Of a stretch of DNA of 64,000 bases, positions 54,352 to 63,251 are shown piece after piece. The notes beneath the pieces are model-generated. The model was not told where the DNA came from. It was given only the letters and a program-made list of their open reading frames with translations, and did no database searches. This stretch comes from Candidatus Gottesmanbacteria bacterium RIFCSPHIGHO2_01_FULL_46_14 (GTDB taxonomy: Bacteria > Patescibacteriota > Microgenomatia > UBA10105 > UBA927): the NCBI GenBank assembly GCA_001780895.1, contig MFJJ01000010.1, forward strand, positions 898-64,897. Direction: 5' to 3'. The position numbers and the translations under genes are program-made. Each line of letters opens with the position of its first letter. Position 1 is the first letter of the stretch.

Positions 54352-54361
54352 CGTATGAAAT

Positions 54362-55843
54362 ATGAAATCAAAAAAGCAAATCCAATCTGTCTCTTCCCGA
54401 CCCGCCTCGCCGGCAGGCAGGCCACCCATCGTCGCGGTACTCGGCCACGTTGACCACGGAAAAACTACCCTTCTTGATTACATCAGAAAAGCAAATGTTG
54501 CCTCCCATGAGCATGGAGGCATAACGCAACATATCGGGGCGTATCAGGTAGAAACGAATAGCAGACTCATTACCTTCATTGATACCCCAGGGCATGAGGC
54601 GTTTGCCAAGATGAGATCCCGGGGAGCGTCGGCAGCGGATATCGCGATCCTGGTCGTGGCAGCCGACGATAGTGTCAAACCCCAAACGAAAGAGTCGATT
54701 GAGCAAATTAAGGCCGCACATGTCCCTATGGTTGTGGCGGTCAATAAGATTGATCTTCCGGGTGCTACTGTCGATCGCGTTAAGAAAGATTTGGCGAAAG
54801 TTGGGGTTCAGGTAGAAGGCTTTGGAGGAGATGTTCCTATCGTCTCTGTATCAGCGAAACAAGGAACTGGTATTGTCGAGCTCCTCGACATGATTCTTTT
54901 GGTTTCGGACATGAAGGGACTCGAAGGATCGCCGGACGCGCCGTTTCTAGCCCACGTCATTGAGACACGTTTGGATAAGGGTCGGGGTATGGTAGCAACG
55001 CTCATTATCAAAAGCGGGACACTGCGATCGGGCATGGTGCTGTTTGAGGGAGACCGCCAAATAGCAAAAGTTCGGGCGTGTTTCGACGAATATGGAAAAG
55101 GAGTTTCCGAAGCGCTTCCCAGTAAGCCAGTCGAGGTTCTTGGATTTACGATACTTCCAACCATCGGTACGGTTGTTTCCAACGAGCCTGGAGTTTCTGT
55201 TGTGACTGTACCCAAAAAGAAATTAACCAATGATATGCCTGATTTTCTCAAACCCATGGAAGAGGAAGAACAGAAACTAAAAATAATCCTCAAAGCAGAT
55301 ACTGCAGGAAGCTTAGAAGCAATTGGCGCTTCATTACCAAAGGGAGTTACGGTGGTAAGTACGGGAATTGGGGACGTCGGTGAAGCAGATGTACTTCTGG
55401 GCAAATCCTCGGGGTCTATCGTCATAGGATTTAACGTAGGAACCAAGCCGGCTGTCGTTAAACTTGCCCAAACGGAAAAGGTGATTTTTCGATCATACAC
55501 CATTATTTATGAACTCCTTGATGAGGTTAATGATGTCGTATCGGGCCTTAAAGTCGCTCTTGTGGAAGAGCGGGAGCTCGGAGTGGGGAAAGTAATTGCG
55601 GAGTTTCCGTTTGAAAAAGATCGGATTGCCGGAATAAAAGTCGTTTCTGGGAGGCTCGCCAAAGGCGATAGCGTCAAGATTATGCGAGGTGAATCGGAGA
55701 TTGGGCGGGCAAAAATCAAATCATTGCGGCACGGAAAAGACAATATAACGAAGGCCGAGCAGAGTAACGAATGCGGTGTTCTATTCGACCAAAAACTTGA
55801 TTTTACTATAGGAGATGGTATAATCGCTGTCACTATAGGATAG
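54362..55843 (+). CDS. infB: translation initiation factor IF-2 (N-terminally short form)
   Basis: G domain (VLGHVDHGKTTLLD, DTPGHEAF, NKID). 493 aa. Confidence 0.9.
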   Translation: MKSKKQIQSVSSRPASPAGRPPIVAVLGHVDHGKTTLLDYIRKANVASHEHGGITQHIGAYQVETNSRLITFIDTPGHEAFAKMRSRGASAADIAILVVAADDSVKPQTKESIEQIKAAHVPMVVAVNKIDLPGATVDRVKKDLAKVGVQVEGFGGDVPIVSVSAKQGTGIVELLDMILLVSDMKGLEGSPDAPFLAHVIETRLDKGRGMVATLIIKSGTLRSGMVLFEGDRQIAKVRACFDEYGKGVSEALPSKPVEVLGFTILPTIGTVVSNEPGVSVVTVPKKKLTNDMPDFLKPMEEEEQKLKIILKADTAGSLEAIGASLPKGVTVVSTGIGDVGEADVLLGKSSGSIVIGFNVGTKPAVVKLAQTEKVIFRSYTIIYELLDEVNDVVSGLKVALVEERELGVGKVIAEFPFEKDRIAGIKVVSGRLAKGDSVKIMRGESEIGRAKIKSLRHGKDNITKAEQSNECGVLFDQKLDFTIGDGIIAVTIG

Positions 55844-55846
55844 ACT

Positions 55847-56737
55847 ATGGATGTACAGACCGATTTACCAAAAGTCAAAGAGCAGTTGGAAAAAGCCAAA
55901 GAAGTACTCATTGTCACGCACGAGAAACCGACGGCTGATAGCGTGGGGAGTACGCTCGCACTCTACCTGGGGCTCATCAGCTTGGGAAAGAAAGTAACGG
56001 TTGCTTGCCCTGAACCGATTACTGTCGAACTTTCTAACTTCATTGGTGTTCAAAAAATTGTCTCTGACCTTGGCAATAAAAATTTTGTGATCTCTCTCGA
56101 TTACGTCGACGGGTCAATCGAAAAAGTAAGTTACAATATAGAAGGTGATAAATTTAACCTCGTTATAGAACCGCGTGTGGGTTTTGAACCCTTTTCTCAA
56201 GAGAAAGTGCACTATGCGTATGCAGGCACCAATGCAGATTGCATTATTGCCGTTGATACGATCCATTTGGGTGGTCTCAAAAAACTCTATGACGGAGATA
56301 AAAATCTGTTTGCCAGTAAACCCGTTATCAATGTTGACCGACACGCCAATAACTCCATGTTCGGGACAATCAATCTTGTTGATCCGCAGGCATCTGCGAC
56401 AACAGAGATTATAGCTCAGCTCATGAGCGGTTTGGGAGTAAAACTTACGGTCGATATCGCAAGCAATATTTTAAACGCCCTCTATGGGGCAACCGACGGA
56501 TTTAGTCAGGCCAATGTGACACCGCTAGCCTTTGAGCTTGCCGCCACATGCCTTCGTGCTGGAGGCAAACGATTTGGTGCTGCAGAGCCTCAACCAATCG
56601 CGCCAGTGGTATCAGTACCGGTGACGTCTGTTCCGATCCAACCGCTTATCAAGCAACCGGCACCAAATGCCGGAGGTCAAACACCAGCCGACTGGCTCAA
56701 ACCCAAAATCTTCAAGAGCTCCACCAATATTTCCTAA
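55847..56737 (+). CDS. DHH family phosphoesterase (NrnA-like)
   Basis: DHH-type N-terminus (VLIVTHEKPTADSVGS) and a DHHA1-like C-terminal part. Confidence 0.5.
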   Translation: MDVQTDLPKVKEQLEKAKEVLIVTHEKPTADSVGSTLALYLGLISLGKKVTVACPEPITVELSNFIGVQKIVSDLGNKNFVISLDYVDGSIEKVSYNIEGDKFNLVIEPRVGFEPFSQEKVHYAYAGTNADCIIAVDTIHLGGLKKLYDGDKNLFASKPVINVDRHANNSMFGTINLVDPQASATTEIIAQLMSGLGVKLTVDIASNILNALYGATDGFSQANVTPLAFELAATCLRAGGKRFGAAEPQPIAPVVSVPVTSVPIQPLIKQPAPNAGGQTPADWLKPKIFKSSTNIS

Positions 56738-56774
56738 ACATTGAAGGAGCAGACGTTCTGTACTATACTTCTCT

Positions 56775-57053
56775 TTGATGCGACTGGTATTTTCCGATCA
56801 TGCGAAACGACGCATGAATGAGCGGAAAATCAGTAAAATTCTCGTTAAAGGAGTCGTAGAAGCGTTCGATTATAAGTTTCTTGATGTTTTAACTAAACAC
56901 ATTGTTTTTGTAAAAAGCATGATGTTTAGAAGAGAAAAACGGTATATTGCGGTTTCTGTCGATGAGCGTGAAGAGGAATATATAGTTGTCAGCGTTCATC
57001 CGATTCGTGATCGGGATTTTTCATCAAGAATAGAAAGTGGTAGATGGATATGA
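56775..57053 (+). CDS. DUF4258 domain protein (putative toxin)
   Basis: FSDHAKRRMNERKIS signature. 92 aa. Overlaps the downstream DUF2283 gene. Confidence 0.5.
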   Translation: MMRLVFSDHAKRRMNERKISKILVKGVVEAFDYKFLDVLTKHIVFVKSMMFRREKRYIAVSVDEREEEYIVVSVHPIRDRDFSSRIESGRWI

Positions 57054-57268
57054 AGCAAAAACCAAAAGTTTACTATGACCAAAAAGTCGATGCGTTGTGG
57101 ATCCGGGTTAAGAAAGGCCCGGAGGCAGATTCGGCTGAAATTGCTCCTGGTTTGACAGTTGAGTACAACGCAAAAGGTGACATTATCGGCCTCGAAATCC
57201 TCAATGCTTCCTCGGTATTTAATGCCGTTAAAACCCGTTCCGTTCCGCAGGAAGCATCCTACGCTTGA
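57044..57268 (+). CDS. DUF2283 domain protein (putative antitoxin)
   Basis: KVYYDQKVDALWIRV...EYNAKGDIIGLEI signature. 74 aa. Confidence 0.5.
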   Translation: MDMKQKPKVYYDQKVDALWIRVKKGPEADSAEIAPGLTVEYNAKGDIIGLEILNASSVFNAVKTRSVPQEASYA

Positions 57269-57334
57269 TATTTCAGTGAGAATTTAGTATAATTATATTT
57301 GTTGGAGCGAAACGTAGCTCCTTTTCAGTATTTT

Positions 57335-57712
57335 ATGCCTCGAACGAAGAAAACTGCGAAAGAAGTAAAGAAACAAACCAAAACTTCCAAAGGAACTCCT
57401 AAAAAAGTTGCCAAAAAAGAAAAAAAGGAAGCGGTGGTCGTTGCTCCTGCGCCAAGTGCAGAAAAGCAAGTGGTTATTACGCAATTTCAAGTCAAACAGG
57501 GCGATACCGGAAGCCCAGAAGTGCAGGTTGCGCTCCTGACTAAACGCATTGAAAAACTCGTTGGGCATCTGAAAGGTAATCCGTCGGATAATCATTCCCG
57601 GCGCGGGTTACTGGGAATTGTCAGCAAACGCCGGAGACTATTAAATTACTTGGAAAAGAAGGATGACAGGCGATATAAAATAATTGCACAGAAACTCGGG
57701 CTTTCTAAATGA
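57335..57712 (+). CDS. rpsO: 30S ribosomal protein S15 with Lys-rich N-terminal extension
   Basis: C-terminal 85 aa match S15 ([14 protein letters not shown]...HSRRGLL...RRLLNYL). It is preceded by a 37-aa KK-rich extension. The ORF-track start 57299 is TTG; ATG is at 57335. Confidence 0.75.
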   Translation: MPRTKKTAKEVKKQTKTSKGTPKKVAKKEKKEAVVVAPAPSAEKQVVITQFQVKQGDTGSPEVQVALLTKRIEKLVGHLKGNPSDNHSRRGLLGIVSKRRRLLNYLEKKDDRRYKIIAQKLGLSK

Positions 57713-59871
57713 AGATTACCAAAAAAACAGTAGATATAGGTGGGAGAACGCTTTCTCTGGAAGTAGGCAGGTTTGCCGAACAGGCAAGTGCTTCTGTTCT
57801 TGCGAGCTACGGCGATACCATGGTATTGGCCACAGTCACCGCTTCCTCCAAAGAAACGACGCTTGATTACTTCCCGCTTTCTGTTGAATATGTGGAGCGT
57901 CTCTACGCCGGAGGCCGCATCAAAGGAAGCCGTTGGGTCAAACGCGAAGGCAGGCCATCGGACGATGCAGTGCTTGCCGGGCGGGTCATTGATCGATCGA
58001 TCCGACCGCTATTCCCCAAAACCTATAAGCACGACGTACAGGTGATTATTACCGTTTTGTCCGTCGACGGAGTCAATGATCCGGATATTTTGGGTTTAGT
58101 GGCCACATCAGCGGCAATTGCACTATCCCCTATCCCATGGAATGGGCCGATAGCCGGTGTGCGCGTGGGCTACGTTAAAGACAACGGCAACAGTTCGTTT
58201 TTGATAAATCCGACCATAACGGAGCAGGGACTGTCCGATTTTGATTTTGTCGTTTCGGGTACCCGCGAAAAGACCGTTATGCTTGAAGGTGGATTTTGTG
58301 AGACTCCCGAGAATGTGGTATTTGAAGCAATTGGGAAAGCAAAAGAAGCCAACGCAAAAATTATTGATTGTATTACATCGCTTGTCAAAGCTGTCGGAAG
58401 CACAAAAGTCCCGGTTTCTCTCGTGAGCCAAGCAGATGAACTCAAGATTAAAATTAGTCAGGATTACAAAAAAGAAATGGCCGAGGCTTTTGCCAAAAAA
58501 GCCCAAAAAGAATTTGGCGGAGCGGAAGTGGCTGAGCTTGCTAAGATTATCGCAGAGGCATACGGAAAGGACTATACCGTCAAAGTTATTGAGGAAGCGC
58601 TTGACGGGCTGTTCAAAAAGCAGGTTCGCGATAATGTTTTGGAAAAAGGACAGCGCTTTGACGGAAGGAAGATTGACGAAGTACGCCCGGTTTCCGTCGA
58701 CGTGGGTATCTTGCCGCGAACACACGGGAGCGCAGTATTTCAGCGCGGCCAAACACAAGTACTGACCGTGGCTACTTTGGGGACACCAAGTCTCGAGCAG
58801 CTTATTGAAAGTCCGGCAGGAGAGGAATCAAAACGCTATATCCATCACTACAGTATGCCGCCGTACTCAGTTGGCGAAACAGGCCGCGTAGGAACGCCCT
58901 CCCGCCGCGAAATTGGTCACGGTGCGCTTGCCGAGCGGGCGCTTCTTTCGGTTATTCCCTCTGAAGAAGAATTTCCCTACACTATTCGGCTCGTGTCGGA
59001 AGTCATGTCGAGCAATGGTTCAACCTCAATGGCGTCGACCTGCGGATCAACTTTAGCGCTTATGGATGCAGGAGTTCCAATCAAAGAGCCGGTCTCCGGA
59101 ATTTCGATTGGTCTCATGACCGACAAGAAAAAATTCGTGTTACTCACCGACATTATGGGGATAGAAGATTTCGCCGGTGATATGGATTTTAAAGTAGCTG
59201 GAACCAAAAATGGCATTACCGCAATCCAATTAGATATCAAGATCGACGGACTCACTGACGAGATCGTTGAGGGGACATTGGAGCGGGCAAAAGTTGCGCG
59301 ATTGAAGATTTTGGCGGATATGCTTGCTGTTCTTGATGCGCCCAGAAAAGCACTTTCTCAGTACGCGCCCAAAGTCCAGATTGTCAAAGTTCCGACGGAA
59401 AAAATCGGCGAAGTTATTGGTCCCGGTGGCCGGATGATCAGGCAGATTATCGCAACCACTGGTGCAACCGTGGATGTCAACGATGATGGATCTATCGTTA
59501 TGTCCGGTAGCGCCGAGGCGGTAGATAAAGCCGTTACCTGGGTTCAGGGGTTGACGCGCGATGTGCAGGTTAATGAGGAATTTGAGGGAGAAGTGAAGCG
59601 AATTTTACCATTTGGTGCGTTTGTTGAAGTATTGCCGGGAAAAGAAGGCATGGTTCATGTTTCGCAGATGTCAACAGGTTTTGTGAACGATCCCAATGAC
59701 GTCGTGAAGCTCGGTCAAAAAGTGAAGGTTCGGGTCATGGAAATAGACGATCAACATCGGGTGAATTTATCAATGCTTTTCGGCGACGATGCCAAAAAGG
59801 TAGCCCCTCGGCAGCGTCAGGATGGTGGAGACCGACCTCGCAGATCGTTCGACCGGAAGCGCAGATATTAA
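57709..59871 (+). CDS. pnp: polyribonucleotide nucleotidyltransferase
   Basis: Two RNase PH domains, KH and S1 domains. 720 aa. Confidence 0.9.
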   Translation: MKITKKTVDIGGRTLSLEVGRFAEQASASVLASYGDTMVLATVTASSKETTLDYFPLSVEYVERLYAGGRIKGSRWVKREGRPSDDAVLAGRVIDRSIRPLFPKTYKHDVQVIITVLSVDGVNDPDILGLVATSAAIALSPIPWNGPIAGVRVGYVKDNGNSSFLINPTITEQGLSDFDFVVSGTREKTVMLEGGFCETPENVVFEAIGKAKEANAKIIDCITSLVKAVGSTKVPVSLVSQADELKIKISQDYKKEMAEAFAKKAQKEFGGAEVAELAKIIAEAYGKDYTVKVIEEALDGLFKKQVRDNVLEKGQRFDGRKIDEVRPVSVDVGILPRTHGSAVFQRGQTQVLTVATLGTPSLEQLIESPAGEESKRYIHHYSMPPYSVGETGRVGTPSRREIGHGALAERALLSVIPSEEEFPYTIRLVSEVMSSNGSTSMASTCGSTLALMDAGVPIKEPVSGISIGLMTDKKKFVLLTDIMGIEDFAGDMDFKVAGTKNGITAIQLDIKIDGLTDEIVEGTLERAKVARLKILADMLAVLDAPRKALSQYAPKVQIVKVPTEKIGEVIGPGGRMIRQIIATTGATVDVNDDGSIVMSGSAEAVDKAVTWVQGLTRDVQVNEEFEGEVKRILPFGAFVEVLPGKEGMVHVSQMSTGFVNDPNDVVKLGQKVKVRVMEIDDQHRVNLSMLFGDDAKKVAPRQRQDGGDRPRRSFDRKRRY

Positions 59872-59900
59872 CCTTCGGTTCCTCGTGATACTATTACACT

Positions 59901-60986
59901 ATGTCCAAGCTCACCGATGAAGTGGAGGCACTTCGAAAAAAACTTAGTGAAGCGCACGTTCCAAAAGAATTAACAACGCGTGTTGAAGGCAATTTGGAAG
60001 AAATACTTCGTATTGAACATGACATTACTTCCCGCGCGCACATTGATCAAATCCTCCGTTACGTCGATTGGGTACTCCATCTCCCATGGGATACGCGAAC
60101 CAATGACGTTCTTGATTTACCCAAGGCACGAGAGATTCTCAATAAACACCACTACGGCTTGGAGCCAGTTAAAATCCGAATTTTGGAGTATTTAGCAATA
60201 TTGAAGCTTAACCTTGATCGCTGGAAGAATGAGTCGTCCACCAATGAGGCAAAGCTTTCTCATGCAATTTTGGCTCGTCGTGCACCGATTTTGTGTTTAG
60301 TAGGACTCGTCGGTACCGGAAAAACGACGCTTGCTAAATCGATTGCCGAGGCAATGGGGAGGCGCTACGTGCGTATTCCATTTGGAGGAATGAGTGATTC
60401 TCTGGATCTTCGTGGACAATCCCGTGTACGAGCTGATGCGGAGATAGGTTTAATCCTCAAGGGACTCCGGTTTGCCGGGACAAAAAATCCCGTGATATTG
60501 CTCGACGAAATAGACCGTGTCGCAGAACAAACCCGCGGTGACATTATGGGAGTGCTCGTTGAGCTTTTGGATCCGGAACAAAACGTCGCATTCACCGATC
60601 ATTATTTGGACTATCCGTTTGATTTATCTGAAGTCCTTTTTATCGCAACGGCCAATAATACGACCAACATCGCTACAGCAGTCCTCGATCGTTTGGAACC
60701 GATCCAGATGCCTTCCTATAGCGACGAAGAAAAGATCACTATTGCAAAAGATTATGTTCTCCCACAGCTCATGGCTGAATCAGGGCTCACGAAAGAAAAT
60801 TTAACCATTGATGAGTCCATTTGGCCTAAACTCGTCAGACCCTTGGGCTATGATGCCGGCATCAGAAGTCTCGAGCGCACCATGAATAGTCTGTGTCGCA
60901 AAGTTGCCCGCATGATTGTGGAAGGAAAGGGAAAGAGCTTCACCGTAACGCCGGAAAATATAAAGGAATTTATCGAAACGTATTAA
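59901..60986 (+). CDS. Lon-like AAA+ ATPase module lacking N-terminal LAN and C-terminal protease domains
   Basis: HYGLEPVKIRILEYLAI...LCLVGLVGTGKTTLAKSIA, then Walker B and sensor motifs. It ends exactly where the Lon protease domain would begin. Confidence 0.55.
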   Translation: MSKLTDEVEALRKKLSEAHVPKELTTRVEGNLEEILRIEHDITSRAHIDQILRYVDWVLHLPWDTRTNDVLDLPKAREILNKHHYGLEPVKIRILEYLAILKLNLDRWKNESSTNEAKLSHAILARRAPILCLVGLVGTGKTTLAKSIAEAMGRRYVRIPFGGMSDSLDLRGQSRVRADAEIGLILKGLRFAGTKNPVILLDEIDRVAEQTRGDIMGVLVELLDPEQNVAFTDHYLDYPFDLSEVLFIATANNTTNIATAVLDRLEPIQMPSYSDEEKITIAKDYVLPQLMAESGLTKENLTIDESIWPKLVRPLGYDAGIRSLERTMNSLCRKVARMIVEGKGKSFTVTPENIKEFIETY

Positions 60987-61000
60987 GCGGAATTATTATG

Positions 61001-61030
61001 ATACTGTATTACTGAACAGTAATACAGTAT
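61001..61030. repeat. palindrome ATACTGTATTACTG-aa-CAGTAATACAGTAT (14-bp arms)
   Basis: Perfect inverted repeat located between the lon-like stop and the TrpR-like gene start. Confidence 0.75.
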
Positions 61031-61050
61031 CCAGTTTATCGAAATTGAAT

Positions 61051-61440
61051 ATGACTAGGGTATCCCGAGTTCCGCTCAGTAACAAAGAGAAGTTGTCATT
61101 GACTGAAGAGTTTTGGAACACACTCGGAGAATTGAATAAAACGCAGGTCGAGCATTTTTTTAGAGAGTTCTTTTCGCCAACGGAGATTGTAATGTTTGCA
61201 AAGAGACTTCATATTTTAAAAAGTCTTCGACAGAACACTACATATGAGCACATACAACAAGGCATTAAGGTTACTGAGCCTACGATCGCCAAGATGAGTG
61301 CAATACTGCAACGCGGCGATGAAGATTTTTTCCGTATTCTTGATTACTTAATTCGTGATGAAAACAGTAGATGGCAAGCATATCTCGATTCTCGTAAACC
61401 TCACATTCGGGGAAAAATGATTTTTCATGTTAATAGATAG
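61051..61440 (+). CDS. TrpR/YerC/YecD-like DNA-binding protein (second copy)
   Basis: SPTEIVMFAKRLHILKSL...TYEHIQQGIKVTEPTIAKMS. ORF-track start 61045 is TTG; ATG is at 61051. Confidence 0.55.
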   Translation: MTRVSRVPLSNKEKLSLTEEFWNTLGELNKTQVEHFFREFFSPTEIVMFAKRLHILKSLRQNTTYEHIQQGIKVTEPTIAKMSAILQRGDEDFFRILDYLIRDENSRWQAYLDSRKPHIRGKMIFHVNR

Positions 61441-61444
61441 TTAC

Positions 61445-61466
61445 TTTATTACTGTCCAGTAATTAA
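61445..61466. repeat. palindrome TTTATTACTG-tc-CAGTAATTAA (shares the core TTACTG-N2-CAGTAA with the upstream palindrome)
   Basis: 10-bp arms with one mismatch. Starts 5 nt after the stop of the TrpR-like gene. Confidence 0.65.
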
Positions 61467-61484
61467 GTATTACATTACAGACAT

Positions 61485-63218
61485 ATGAGACGTTTTTTTC
61501 AAAGAAGAAAACAACAAACTGTTTTTCAGGGTTCTTCGGGAAGTGGGAAAGATTCAGTTCGTGTTATCCCTCTTGGCGGGACGGGGAATGTGACGAAAAA
61601 TATGTTCGTCTATGAGTATCGCTATGATGGAAAACTCCGGGATATACTTCTGGTTGATTGCGGTATCGGATTTCCAGACCCGGATATGTATGGCGTCGAT
61701 TTAGTCATACCCGATGTGCGATATTTGGAAAACAAACGAAACGCTATCAGGGGATTGGTGTTTACTCACGGACATGATGATCACATTGCGGGGATTCCCT
61801 ATGTTTATCACAAACTGGGGAGTATTCCCATGTGGGCAACGACGCTCACCGCAGCGTTTGCCAATATTAAGCTCAATGAAATTCACATTCGGGAGCGAGT
61901 CAAGGCAGTCTCGTTTGATACGACGCTTCGGATAGGGCCGTTTACCGTATCATTTGTCCGCGTGACCCACTCGGTACCAGATGCGGCGAATTTGATTATT
62001 CAAACGCCGATTGGAATGTTTTATCACGGCAGCGATTTTAAGTTTGATTTTGACCCCCTTGACGGGAAAAAATCAGAGCTCGAAAAAATTACCGCGGCGG
62101 GCAAGCGCGGAGTACTCTGTTTGCTCACTGACTCATTGGGAAGCGAACGGCCGGGGTTTACCCCGTCTGAACAGGCCGTAGGTGATACGCTGGAAAAAGA
62201 GCTCCGCTTAAGTACCGGTAAGTTTCTTTTTACCACGCAGTCGAGTAATATCTCCCGTATTCAATTAGCAATTGAACTCGGTCTCAAGTATCATCGGCAA
62301 ATTGCATTCTTAGGAAGAAGTATCGATCAGAATGTGGAAGAGGCAGTAAAACTTGGTTACATGAAGTTTCCCCGCGAGGCCTTGATCGGCGATCGGGATC
62401 TCAAACGAATTCCGGCCAATAAGCAATTCCTGGTCGTTGCCGGGAGCCAAGGGCAGTCTGATTCAGCGCTCACGCGGATTGCAAATGATACCCATCGATT
62501 TGTCCATTTAGAAGAGAGCGATACGGTGGTATTTTCAGCCGATCCGATCCCCGGGCACGAAAATGACGTGGGGAGTCTTATAGACCAAATATATCGAAAA
62601 GGCGCGCGCGTTTCCTACTCTTCCATAATGGAGGATCTTCATGTATCCGGCCACGGGAGCCAAGGCGACTTAATGCTTATGCTTTCAGCATTAGGTCCCA
62701 GATATGTGTTTCCTATCGGAGGGACGTATCGTCACACCATGCAATATCGAAGATTGGCCCAAGACATTGGATACGAGAAGCGCGATATTCTTATTCCGGA
62801 AGAAGGCGATGTCATAGAATTTCGGTCCGATGCTCCCCCCAGGGTTGCAGAACGCATAGCCCTAGAAAACGTCATGATAGACGGATTGGGAATTGGAGAT
62901 GTTGGCGATATCGTCCTGCGTGATCGCCAAACGATAGCCAAAGAAGGAATTGTTGTCGTGGTTGTACCGATTGAGCAGTCATCGAGTCGTGTGGTCGGAG
63001 GAGTTGATATTATTTCACGCGGATTTGTCTATATGAGGCAATCGGGGAAATTGGTTGATGATGCCAAGCGTATCGTGTCAGCTTCTCTGAAGCTTCGAAA
63101 AGGCCGAATGGTCGATTGGCAATTTGCGAGAAAACAAATAGAAGAAGAACTTGCACGATTTCTCAAGCGCGAAACCGGCCGAAATCCTTTGATTGTCCCC
63201 GTTTTAGTTGAAGTATAA
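61485..63218 (+). CDS. rnj: ribonuclease J (metallo-beta-lactamase / beta-CASP)
   Basis: VFTHGHDDHIAG motif and beta-CASP motifs. 577 aa. Confidence 0.85.
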   Translation: MRRFFQRRKQQTVFQGSSGSGKDSVRVIPLGGTGNVTKNMFVYEYRYDGKLRDILLVDCGIGFPDPDMYGVDLVIPDVRYLENKRNAIRGLVFTHGHDDHIAGIPYVYHKLGSIPMWATTLTAAFANIKLNEIHIRERVKAVSFDTTLRIGPFTVSFVRVTHSVPDAANLIIQTPIGMFYHGSDFKFDFDPLDGKKSELEKITAAGKRGVLCLLTDSLGSERPGFTPSEQAVGDTLEKELRLSTGKFLFTTQSSNISRIQLAIELGLKYHRQIAFLGRSIDQNVEEAVKLGYMKFPREALIGDRDLKRIPANKQFLVVAGSQGQSDSALTRIANDTHRFVHLEESDTVVFSADPIPGHENDVGSLIDQIYRKGARVSYSSIMEDLHVSGHGSQGDLMLMLSALGPRYVFPIGGTYRHTMQYRRLAQDIGYEKRDILIPEEGDVIEFRSDAPPRVAERIALENVMIDGLGIGDVGDIVLRDRQTIAKEGIVVVVVPIEQSSSRVVGGVDIISRGFVYMRQSGKLVDDAKRIVSASLKLRKGRMVDWQFARKQIEEELARFLKRETGRNPLIVPVLVEV

Positions 63219-63251
63219 GCTTCTAAAGACCTATACTAGACAGTACTCACT

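Noticed and set aside
59901-61484. Possibility that the YerC-like cassette split an originally full-length lon gene
   Set aside because: The downstream gene is rnj and no Lon protease-domain coding sequence follows the cassette.
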